Shown one piece after another: positions 53,486 to 64,000 of a stretch of 64,000 nucleotides of DNA. The number at the start of each line of letters is the position of its first letter. Positions within the stretch are counted from its first letter, which is position 1. This DNA comes from Lama glama (Eukaryota): contig CM052817.1 in NCBI GenBank assembly GCA_028534125.1, forward strand, positions 93,560,001 to 93,624,000, written 5' to 3'. A program made the translations under genes and the position numbers. The notes beneath the pieces were generated by a model. It saw only the letters and a program-made list of their open reading frames with translations, was not told where the DNA came from and did no database searches.

Positions 53486-54959
53486 GAAAAGAAGTAAAAA
53501 TCTGTAGGAAATGAAAAAATCCCACTAGAAAAGGCAAATATATAGTAAGTGCTAAGGATCAACCACTTAAATAAGCTAGTATGAAGATTAAAAGACAAAA
53601 AAATTGTAAAAACAACTATAATTACAATAAACAGTCACAGGATACACATGAAGATGTAAAACAACATCAAAAATGTAGGAAAGGAGAGTAAAATATGTAG
53701 ATCTTTTAGAATGTATTTGAACTTATGACTACCAGTTTAAAGTAAGTAGATATAGGTTAATATATATGAATCCCAAGGTAATCACTAAAAACCTAGAAAA
53801 GATACACAGAAACTAAAAAGAAAGGAACATAAGCATAGTAATAAAATCATCAAACCACAAGGGAAGAAATAAAAATAAGAAGAAATTAATACAGAAGAAC
53901 TACTTAAAAGCAATTAACAAATGGCAATAAATATATTTAACATTAATTATTTTAAATGTCAATAGAATAAATAGTCTAATCAAAAGACACAGAGTGGCTG
54001 ATTGAATTTTAAAAAAAAGACATCTCTATGCTGTCTACAAGACACTCACTTTAGAGCTAAAAACACACACAGACTGAAAGTGAAGGTATGGAAAAAGATA
54101 TTTCATACAAATAAAAATGACAAGAGAACAGGGGTAGCAATACTCATATCAGACAAAACAGACTCTAAAAGAAAGGTTATAACAAAAGACAAAGAAAGGC
54201 ATTATATAATGATAAAAGATTCAGTACAAGAAGAGGATATTACATTCATGAACATATATGCTCCCAATACAGGAGCACCTAAAGGTATAAAGCAAACATT
54301 AACAGATACAAAGGGAGAAACTGACAATAATATAATAATAGTAAGGAACTTCAACATTTCATCTACATCAATGGACAGATGATCCAGAAGAAAATCAATA
54401 AGGCAACAGTGGTCTTAAATGACACAACAGATCAATTGGACTTATTGATATCCACAGGACATTCCATCCCAAAACAGTAGAATACATATTCTTCTCAAAT
54501 GCATATGGAACATTCCCCAGGATAGATCACATGCTAGGCCACAAAATAAGACTCAACAAATTTAAGAGGATAGAAATTATATCAAGCACTTTTTTTTTCC
54601 ACAACCACAATATACAAAACCAGATACCAATTACAGAAAGAAAAACGGGTAAAGCACAAACACACGGAGAATAAAGAGCATGTTAATAAAAAGCTGATGA
54701 GTCAATGAAGAAGTCAAAGAGGAAATTAGAAAATACCTTGAGACAAATGAAAATGAAAACACATGCTCCAAAATCGATGAGATGCAGCAAAAGCAGTTCT
54801 AAGAGGGAAGTTTACAGTGATCCAAGCCTTCCTCAAGAAACAAGAAAAATCTTGTGAACAATCTTCCACTTAAAGAAATTAGAAAAAGAACAAACAAAAT
54901 CCAAAGTCAGAAGAAGGAAGGAAATAATAAAAATCAGAGAGGAAACAAATAGAGACCAA

Positions 54960-55066
54960 AAACAAAAAAACAAAAAAGAGAGAAAGAGAGAAAGGAAGGA
55001 AGGAAGGAAGGAAGGGAACAAGAAAGGAAGAAAACAGGAAAGGAAGAAAACAAGAAAGGAAGAAAA
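54960..55066. repeat. Purine-rich tract: (GGAA)n plus 3 copies of a 16-bp unit ACA(A/G)GAAAGGAAGAAA
   Basis: Direct observation; 16-mers at 55018-55065. Confidence 0.9.
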
Positions 55067-55828
55067 GATCAGTGAAGCCAAGAGCTTGTTTTTTGAAAAG
55101 ATAAAATTGATAAAACTTTAGCTGAGTTTATCAAGAAAAAGAGAAATGACTTAAATAAACAAAATGAGAAATAAAAAAGGAGAAATAACAGCTGATATCA
55201 CAGAGATACAAAAGATCCTAAGAGAATACTACAAGCAGTTATATGCCAGCAGATTGGACAACCTAGAAGAAATGGACAATTTAACAGACTGAACACTAGT
55301 AGTGAAATTGAATTTGTAATAAAGGAAAAATCCCTGCAATCAAAAATCCAGGATCAGATGGCTTCTAATAAACACATTAAGAACTAATATCAATCCTTCT
55401 CAAACTATTCCAAAGATTGAAGAGGAGGGAATATTTCCAAATTCATTTTACAAGGCCACCATCACCATGATGCTAAAAATCAGACAAAGACACTACCAAA
55501 AAAAAAAATTACAGGCAATATCTTCGATGAATTTAATTGCAAAAATCCTCAACAATATATTAGCAAAATATAGTCAACAGTAAGTATAAAGGATCATACA
55601 CCATGATCAATTGGGATTTATCCCATGGACGCATGAATGATTTAATATTTGCATATCAATCAATGATATGCCACATTAGCAAAAGAAAGGATAAAAATCA
55701 CAATTATCTCCACAGACACAGGAAAAAGCATCTGACAAAATTCGATATCCATCCATTATTAAACCTCTCATCAAAGTGGCTATAGATGGAAGATATGTCA
55801 ACATAATAAAGGCTGTATATGACATGCC

Positions 55829-56094
55829 TTTCATAAGGTCTATCCATGGTGCTGCAAGTGGCATTATTTTTCTTTTTTACAGCTGAGTAGTATTCCATTG
55901 TATAAATATTCCACAGCTTCTTTATCCAGTCATCTGTTGATGAACATTTAGGTTGCTTCCATGTCTTGGCTATTGTAAATAGTACTTCTATGAGCATTGG
56001 AGTGCATGTATCTTTTCAAATTAGAGTTTCCTCTGGATATATACCCAGAAGTGGGATTGCTGGATCATATAGTAAGCTTATTTTTAGTTTTTTG
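55829..56094 (-). mobile_element. Inverted L1 ORF2 C-terminal fragment inside the larger L1
   Basis: Minus-strand ORF 55704-55997 contains LFTIAKTWKQPKCSSTDDWIKKLWNIYTMEYYSAVKK; no poly(A) or TSD. Confidence 0.92.
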
Positions 56095-57395
56095 TACTCT
56101 CACCAATTCTATTTAATATAGTCATGGAATTCCTAGCCGCAGCAATCAGACAAGGAAAAGACCAAAAAGGCGACCAAATTGGAAGGAAAGAAGTAAAATT
56201 GTCACTATTTTTAGATGACATGAAACTATATATAGAAAACCCTAAATTCTCTGTGAAAAATCATATTAGAACTAACAAATGAATTCAGTAAAGTTGCAGA
56301 ATACAAGATTAATATACAGAATTCTGCTACTTTTCTATTCATGAATAACAAACTATCAGAAAGAGAAAGCAAAAAGAAAAATCTTGTTTACAATAACATC
56401 AAAAAGAATAAAATACCTAAGAATAAACTTAGCCAAGGTGGTGAAAGACATACCCTGAAAACTATGAAATATTAATGAAGTAAATTGAAGTTGATACAGA
56501 GAAACGGAAAGATATCCCATGTTCTTGGATTGAAAGAATATTGTTAAAATGTCCATACTACCCAAAGGAATCTACAGATTTAATGCAATCCTTATCAAAA
56601 TACCTAGGATATTTTTCACAGAATTAGAAAAAATAATCTTAAAATTTATATGAAACCACAAAAGATCCCAGATTGCCAAACAATATTGAGAAGTATAAAA
56701 ACCTGTGGATATCATATGCCCTGACTTTAGACTATACTACAAAGCTGAAAATATCACAACAGCATGGTATTGGCACAAAAACAGATAAATAGATCAATGA
56801 AACAGAATAGAGAGCCCAGAAATAAACCGAAACACCTATAGTGAATTAATATACAACAAAAGAGGCAAGAATATGCTGCCATAAAAAAGAATAAAATTAT
56901 GCCATTTGCAAGAATGTAAATGGGCCTACAGAGTATTATGCTCAGTGAAATAAATCAGAGAAAGATAAATAATATACGTTATAAACTTATATGTGAAATC
57001 TAAAAAACAAAACAAAGGAATGCATATAGCAAAATAGAACAGACTTACAGATATAGAAAACAAATTAGTGGGTACCAGTGAGGAGAGGGAAAGGGGGAGG
57101 GCAAGATACAGGTATGAGATTAAGGGATACAAACTATGCATAAAACAGATAAGCAAAAAGGACATATTGTAGAGTACAGAGAATTATAGTCATTATTTTG
57201 TAATAACTTTAAATGGAGAATACACTATAAAAATATTGAGTCACTATGTTGTATACCTGAAACTAATATAATATTGTAAATCAACCATAATTCAATTAAA
57301 AAATGAAAAAATACACATATACAGATATATAAGAATATATGTAATAAAAATGTGTCTTTTTCACAGAATTTTGTCATTCTGCATATACAAATCTA

Positions 57396-57582
57396 CAGGA
57401 CGGTTGGGTAACTTCTGCTGTAAAGGGCCAATAGTAAATATTTTAGGCTTTGTGAGCCATATAGTCCCTGTTGCAGCTACTCGACTCTGTCCTTGCTCTG
57501 CAGCATGCAAGCAGCCTTAGACAATATGTAAATGAGTGAGCAAAGATGATTTGGCCCATAGGCTATAGTCTGTCAAATGCTA
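57396..57582 (+). mobile_element. MER58A-like hAT-Charlie element
   Basis: CTGTAAAGGGCCAATAGTAAATATTTTAGGCTTTGTGAGCCATATAGTCCCTGTTGCAGCTACTCGACTCTG…GATTTGGCCCATAGGCTATAGT. Confidence 0.88.
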
Positions 57583-57662
57583 ATCTATATCACACTTTTT
57601 AGTGACTTCATATTGCTTATGGTTGTACCATAAATTATTTAACCAATCTTCAAGAAATGTAC

Positions 57663-57707
57663 CCCAAGGAGATTTTCTTTCATTTTTTTTTTCCCAAGGA
57701 GATTTTC
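57663..57707 (-). mobile_element. Poly(A)-only retro-insertion with 15-bp TSD
   Basis: CCCAAGGAGATTTTC at 57663-57677 and 57693-57707 flanking TTTCATTTTTTTTTT. Confidence 0.75.
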
Positions 57708-58019
57708 AAATGTTTTAAAATGTACGTAGAAATATGTCAATACAGCATTATATATCAGCAGGGGCAAACTGAAACAATGTAAATGTTCACCAAAAGGAGA
57801 TTAATTAGATAATTTGGGGTTTACATAATAATTTCCCTCAAAAATTCTAAATGATATAGTTAGAGTACCAACTATACTTTTATCTCTTTTATGAATTATC
57901 TTGACCCTAATTTAGATCAGTCTCTTGAACTTCATCAATAATTTTTTTTAAAAAATCTGTAATAATGTGAATGCTCATGTTATTTTGACTTGACCATTAC
58001 AGGAAGGCAAATACATATA

Positions 58020-58970
58020 AGTCTATAACACAATATACAGTATTATTTAATCTATAGAACTTACTCAAATTTCTCCAATTGCCCTACTAATGTTCTTTTT
58101 TGGTTCAGGATCCAGTCCAAAATCACACTTTGCATTTAGTTGTCATGTTTCCTTAGCTTCCATTAATATGGAACAGGTCCTCAGTCTGTCTTTGTTTTTC
58201 ACAACCTTGACAATTTTCAAGAGTGTCGGTCAGGTATTGTGATACCCCAGTACTAATGAGCCCATTCACTGCCTGGATCTTGGTTTCTAAATACCATGCT
58301 CTGATAAAAGAAAACTACAAGTCTCTGGAGAAACAGCTGATTGAGGGACTGGAGCAGGGAAAGTACAAGGTAAGCCTAAAATATCTCGTGGTGCCAGAAA
58401 ACACTCAAGTGCTTCAAGTTGGGGGGGTAGGTACATTCTAAAAAGATACTGGTGCCAACCTGAAGGGGACTCCTAAAGGCCAAATCTGGGAAAACTGAAC
58501 AACGAAATAAGTAATGATTATGACCGATTACAACCCATCTAATAAAATGACTTCATTTGCCCATACTAATATAAATAATAAATGAACAGATGAATGTTTG
58601 AATAAATTCTTCCTTACTATAAATTTGCAAGTAGTATTTGGCAAACACCCCAGTAATAATTGTTTCAGACAAGAATTGTCAACAGATGCTAAAGTTAGTG
58701 CTAAAGGTGTGATAAGTAACAAGATATTTCAATACGCTCAACTTATACCCCCCAAGATCCTTGTTAAAAACAAAGAAATTTTATTAACTTTGTAGTGGAT
58801 AAACCTGAGAGACATCACCTTCACCCAATGTTCAAAGTTACCATTTTCAGTAATGGAACAAATTAACATCATATTACTTCTGATTTAATGTACCAAGGAG
58901 GTCACAACCTCACTTGGTATTTTTGCCAAAAAATGCAAAATCTGAACTTAAATATGAGGAAACGTCAAAG
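58020..58970. mobile_element. Old L1 (L1MC4-like) 3'UTR in two oppositely oriented pieces
   Basis: 58020-58240 antisense (CAGGATCCAGTCC…TTGCATTTAGTTGTCATGTTTCCTTAG); 58245-58970 sense (GGATCTTGGTTTCTAAATACCAT, GGGAAAGTACAAG, ATGAGGAAAC). Confidence 0.8.
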
Positions 58971-59059
58971 AAAATGTATCAATTGCCAAAGCCTAGATGA
59001 CCTAGTATGAGACACACGAGGGTACACTTGTGTGAAGTGCACTTTCAGTTTGGCCTTGA

Positions 59060-59560
59060 TTCAGTTCACAGAGATCCACTGGAAGACTTTTAAGAAGAAA
59101 GTGACAGGATGACAGCTATGTCTCAGTGAGATTAAACTGGCAGCACATGGTAAGATACAAAATAAAGGGGATGGAAATGAAAGCTGGGGAAGGTATGAAA
59201 ACCTGTAGGGAGCTGTTCTGATATTTCAGGCACATAGTCATCATAATCTCAAAGAGGGTAATGGCATTAGAAATGGAGAAGAGGAGAGTAAGCCAAGACA
59301 TAATGTGAAGAAAATGAAAATTAATTTTCCATTCACTGAATATGAAAGGTCCAGAGAAGGAGGGAAGAGGAGATCCCTATTACCAGACTGAGCCCCTGGG
59401 TACCTAGGCAGAAGGTGGGTACATGGAAGGAGAGGAAAGGGAGTTCTGTTTTGGACAGATATTTGAGGCATCATCAGGATATCCTAAAAAGAATATTCAG
59501 CAGGTAGCAGGGAAGGTCAGTCTGCAGGCGAAAAGAGATACAGCAAGTAGGCATGAGTGT
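59060..59560 (-). mobile_element. L2 LINE remnant
   Basis: CCACTGGAAGACTTTTAAG…GTGACAGGAT; GGGAGTTCTGTTTTGGACA. Confidence 0.6.
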
Positions 59561-60224
59561 ATTTCCATTAGGAAACTGAGTTTGAAGAGCACATGTACTT
59601 TGTGCAGTGCAATGATGCCAGTGAACAGCAGAAACGGTTCCTACAAGTTCAGAAGTTTCTGTGGCCTATATTAAGTTCTGTGTATATCGAGATTTCGCTA
59701 CAGGATTCAAAAAAAAAAAACTGCAGACATCAGCAACTGTCAGTCTCTAAGTGCAAAAACAGTCAGACTATGCGCAAGCTTATAAGCAATTCATTAAAAG
59801 ATGTAAATGAATAAGGTAGGTTCCCTTTTTGTCTGTGAGCCCCACTGGGCTTTACACCAAAGTAAGGACCATGTTCAGAGCCTCTTCCGTCACTTGACTG
59901 ACTATCAGATTCTAGTCAACCTCAAAGATCACCCACTCAAGTGCTATAATTTTACAGATCAGGTATCTGGTCCTGCACATTCAAATATTTATACATAGGT
60001 TCGATGGAAAAGATGAAAAGATTCCAGTATACGTAACTTAATTATTACCAGGTCTCTCCACTTGTTTTAAGAGCAGACAGGACCTAGAGTTTTAGGGCTC
60101 GATGCTCTATGTTAGTTGGCAGAAGTGTTGCATCCTGAATGTCTACATTGAAGAAGAGTCTCATTTCCTGAGTATATTTGAATCCATATATAGCAACATA
60201 ACCGAGATCAGCTCTGAGTGTGGG

Positions 60225-60355
60225 CAGAAGTCCCCACCCCGCCCCGCCCCGTTCAACTCGTTGGGTTCTAGGGCATCACTTAGCCTTGATGGGAAATGGG
60301 AACCCAGGTGAAAATCCCTGATCACTAACTACAACGGTCCCAGCAGTTCCCTCCT
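60225..60355. promoter_or_regulatory. Candidate promoter/enhancer: tandem Sp/KLF GC boxes and a ZNF143-like motif
   Basis: CCCCACCCGCCCCGCCCC at ~60232-60250; AACTACAACGGTCCCAGCA at ~60327-60345. Confidence 0.35.
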
Positions 60356-62579
60356 GGTGAGGGGGGTGGTCATTGAGCCCAGAGTCTCCCCGTCACCCTT
60401 CTGTTACAGGGAGACGATGAGACAAAGAAGCAGACTGCACTGCAGAAAGGATGGCATGAACAAGAAAAGTCTTTCATTTTAGCTAGTATTGTAAAAGTTT
60501 GAATGACTATATTGCTGAAATAAGTAAGTTTCTTCTCATTAAAATTTTCTTTGTGTTTCTGATACCTGTAATAACAATGAAATAAATCCATACACATTGG
60601 GAAAAGTACACATAAAAGAGGCATAATCTCTATATAAACACAATTCTTCTCTTAAATTGCCACAGCCAGAGTAATCACATTCTCAATCCTTCTCCAACCA
60701 CAGTTCATCACATACGCTAAAAAAGCGTATGCTTTTTCATTATTGCTGTTTATTTATTTATGCACTTGAAAAGGGATAAAAAAAACATTTTGAATCTGGG
60801 TACTCTCAGATCATAGTCTACCTTCTTGCAATTAAAACACAAATTTACTGAAGACACGGCTTGCCTAAAACAGCCATGTTTCCAAAATAGACACTCCATA
60901 GAATTTGTTAGTAACAGCTGAACGCTCAGGAACACAGCAAAGCTTCAATTAAAGGATTATAGCTCCAGAGCTAAAATGGGAGAGACTGTAAGCTCAGGGC
61001 CGAAGCTTCCTACTCTACATTCACTGTCTCTGACTTTAGATTGGTTTTGATTATTTTTTTTTCCCTTTTCCTTTTCTTTTTGTCTTTCTGCTGTTGAGTA
61101 GAATTATAAATTACAGGGAGAAAGAGCAGTCTGATCTTACCAAGGAAGTTGTTTTTTTCAAGTTGCTTGTTTCATTTTTGAGTTGGTTCCTAGCCCAGCC
61201 TTATTCTGGGTGCGCCATCTGAAACTTCATCACTACTAGTGACTCACCCAGGTCCAAAGTCTGCAAGAGCAGTACCTGAATGCCTGAATCACCCAGAAAC
61301 TGGCTTGCTTAAGGGAACTCTGTTTTCCCTCATATAAAAATGGGTTTTAGAAATGTTTAGGCAATAACTAAAGGAAAAAATAAAGGACTTGGACATTGGA
61401 CTTCACTGCTATTATCATTATTTTCTCTCTCTCTCTCCTTTAATATCATGTAAATTTCCAAGCATCCCAAAGAATTTCATGAAAATTGGGCACTTAATGA
61501 TTTTTTCCAAAGATACTCAAAAGCGACAATTCTCAGAAATCAAGTCTTTTCCCCATCCCTGATATATTAAGAGCAGAAGGAATACATTAACAATCTTGTT
61601 CGATTATCATAGATACACTTAACAGCTACAGGAGATGATATTATTTGATAAGATATATCTAAATATATAATTCAGTGCTACTCAGGATTGAAGCAGAATT
61701 GCTTCTCAGTTGGAAAAAATATCAAATAGATATTTTTGAACTTCTCAGTAGGTGATAATCCAGTAACTCTGAGAAACAGTTTATAGGCATATGGAACAAA
61801 TTATTATGGTAATTGCAAAAGGATTATTAATATTTATAGGTCAGTAGTCTTGACCTCTACAAATCTAACCATTCTGCTGAAACTAGAACTTAAAAATAAA
61901 CTATATGGTTGTAATATTTACCTAAAATTCTTTACATGATAGAAGTAGTAACTTAATAAATTATTTAAATATACCACCAATATTTTTTAGACTGCATATG
62001 AGCATGAATAAGACAGAATATTTTTGCATTACATGGGACTGAACACACACACACATTCTGTCTCTCTGTTTTACAAATTCGAGGTGGCCACTGGCTGGCC
62101 AGAAGGAAAGGGAAAAAAGTACATAGTCTTCCTCTGTTTATTTCCATTTTGACCTTACATTTGGAAAAGGTGAAGAATAATTCTGGCCAGTGTTTGTTCA
62201 ATTCTACAGCCTTGTGGAGCAGACAATATCAATTTCATAGCAACGCCATAACCATTTATTCCCATCACAGCAAGACTGCTTGCCTGATGAAAACATAATT
62301 GGAAAAAAGTCCCTCTTATGTGGCACTGTAAACCATCTGCCATATTCAGGTTTTATAATATGTAGCAAACTCAAAAAGGAAAAAGTAGAAACAAGTTTCT
62401 AGGACAATAACATTTAAGAACCACAAAAGATCACCTAATTAAGGAAAGACACAAAAATAAACAGCAAATGAACATGCAAAAATACCACTGCAAATAATAA
62501 TGGGTTTTTACTACTTCATACATTTTCTTATGTGTGCTCTAATATATTTCCAACCCATCAGAGTGATTTACTTGCTTTT

Positions 62580-62780
62580 GTTTATTACCAACCACATAAT
62601 GCTGAGTGCCAAAAGTATTCTAAGTACTTTATAAATATGAAATCACTCAATTTGCGTAACAGCCTTACAAAGTGAGCACTGTTATCACACCTATCTTACA
62701 GGTGGAAGAAACTGAACAAAAGAGCCAGGATTGAAACTCAGGCAGTCTAGCAGAGGATCTCACCTCTTACCACTACCCAG
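62580..62780 (-). mobile_element. MIR SINE remnant
   Basis: TTCTAAGTACTTTATAAATATGAAATCACTCAAT…ATCTTACAGGTGGAAGAAACTGA…GAGCCAGGATTGAAACTCAGGCAGTCT. Confidence 0.8.
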
Positions 62781-62816
62781 TGCTGGACAGAGTCAAAAAA
62801 ATTTCTCTAAAATATA

Positions 62817-63240
62817 GATGGACCTGGAGGTTGTCATTCCCAGTGAAATAAGCCAGAAAGAGAAAGAAAAATACCATATGATATCACTTATGTGTGGCAT
62901 CTAAAAAAAACAAACTTATTTGCAAAGCTGAAACAGACTCAGACGTAGAGAACAAACTTGCGGTTACCAGCGGAGGAAGGGAGTGGGTGGGGATAAATTG
63001 AGAGAGATTTATAGATACTAACCGATCCATAAAGAATAGATAAACAAGTTCATGCTCTAGACTGCAGAGAACTATATCTGATATCCTGAGGTAACTTATG
63101 GTGAAAAAGAATACAAAAATGAATATATGTATGTTCGTGTGTGACTGAAACATTATGCTGTACACCAGAAATTGACACAGCATTGTAAACTGACTAAACT
63201 TCAATAAAAATATAAAATAAAATAAAATATAAAATAAAAT
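62817..63240 (+). mobile_element. 5'-truncated L1 3' end
   Basis: ATGGACCTGGAG…AGTGAAATAAGCCAGAAAGAGAAAGAAAAATACCATATGATATCACTTAT…ATGCTGTACACCAGAAATTGACAC…(TAAAA)n tail; TSD TAAAATA(T/C)AGAT at 62808-62819 and 63235-63246. Confidence 0.92.
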
Positions 63241-63410
63241 ACAGATAACCCTTAAAAACTGATGATTATATTCTAAGATTAATTTCAAAGTTAGCACTAA
63301 TACCTACATTCATGTTCTGGTATTCTTTAGTTCATGGAATTTATGTTTTTTTTCCTGAGAAGTTTTCATATAAAACATAGGTCGACATAAAAGATGAAGA
63401 TCATTCCATC

Positions 63411-63532
63411 ACTGATGAATACAGTGATTAGATCCACTATATATGTATAATAGATATAGTCAATTACAGGATATTGAGTCTTCCCCCAAATAAAATCAGC
63501 TCAAAATATCAAATAAATAAATACATAAATAA

Positions 63533-63563
<31 letters not shown>

Positions 63564-63593
63564 GTGGATCTAATCACTGTTTTCTCCATCAGT
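63411..63593. repeat. Inverted repeat with perfect 24-bp arms enclosing an A-rich tract and (TA)n
   Basis: ACAGTGATTAGATCCACTATATAT (63421-63444) and its exact reverse complement (63557-63580). Confidence 0.92.
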
Positions 63594-64000
63594 TAACTTC
63601 ATATATATATATACATATATATATAAAAATACCACTTTTCATACAAAAACATTCCGTATATAGAAAATATCTAGGTAAGAAAATAAAATCAACATTATTT
63701 TTCTTCCCACTCCTCCAAAATACGATTTATTGTTTTGAGTGAGTAGCTAGGTATAAGAATCAATTAGATCCTCTTATCCAAAAAAAAAAAAGTAGGAAAA
63801 TGTAGGGAATAAACAAAACTAAGAAAAAATTAATTTGTAACTTCCTATAGAGAACTATACTGTATACTAAAGAAATCACATCATTTGTTTTTTTTTGGTG
63901 TCTGTGTAAGAACAGAAAGAAACCAAATATCTTCTTTATGTATTTCATTTCGTACCAAATAATGAACCAAGTTTCAATGACATTAACAATATGTTGTCTT

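Larger units (their letters stand above)
53920..57005 (+). pseudogene. L1 ORF2 remnant (endonuclease + reverse transcriptase, disrupted)
   Basis: APE-type endonuclease motifs, PGSDGF-like motif ~55348, RT LFxDD motif; multiple stops, deletions and an insertion. Confidence 0.9.
51980..57310 (+). mobile_element. Near full-length decayed L1 (5'UTR, ORF1, ORF2, 3'UTR, A-tail) with internal deletions and an inverted insert
   Basis: GC-rich 5'UTR to ~52600; ORF1-like coiled-coil peptide 52668-52976; endonuclease CCLQDTHF…GVAILISDK…NIYAPN 54002-54382; RT motif SLF(L)DDM ~56203-56222; 3'UTR and A-tail; ATACACATA(C/T)ACA on both flanks as probable TSD. Confidence 0.95.

Noticed and set aside
54833..55081. 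Hydrophobic membrane-protein-like ORF (also 37109-37465, 37514-37696, 62884-63297)
   Set aside because: Translations of microsatellites, poly-T or antisense L1 A-rich sequence.
1..64000. Short ORFs in the six-frame track as host genes
   Set aside because: Apart from L1-derived peptides, none resembles a protein I recognise; most overlap TEs or simple repeats, and I found no consistent exon chain.

Overview
Non-coding, repeat-rich mammalian genomic DNA, most likely a camelid (camel/alpaca/llama): it carries four copies of a tRNA-Ala-derived SINE resembling the tylopod Vic-1 family and cetartiodactyl-type L1 3' ends. I found no supportable host protein-coding exon, RNA gene or CRISPR-like system. 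The only recognisable protein-coding DNA is decayed retrotransposon/transposon ORFs (L1 ORF1/ORF2, Tigger1 and Charlie1 transposase remnants). The window holds layered TEs: ancient MIR, L2, CR1-like, hAT (MER20, MER5, MER58, Charlie1), Tigger and MaLR/ERVL LTRs; a probable ancient Gypsy-like LTR with a strong CTCF motif; a well-preserved solo ERV LTR with a phased CCAAT/octamer array; a ~5.3 kb rearranged L1; and two assembly gaps. The most notable structures are the LTR's phased NF-Y/Oct array, an inverted tail-less L1 fragment captured inside another L1, a twin-priming-type inversion in an old L1, a poly(A)-only insertion with a perfect 15-bp TSD, and unusual palindromes/inverted repeats around (TA)n tracts. 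Repeat family names come from recalled consensus sequences, not a database search, and old-repeat boundaries are approximate.
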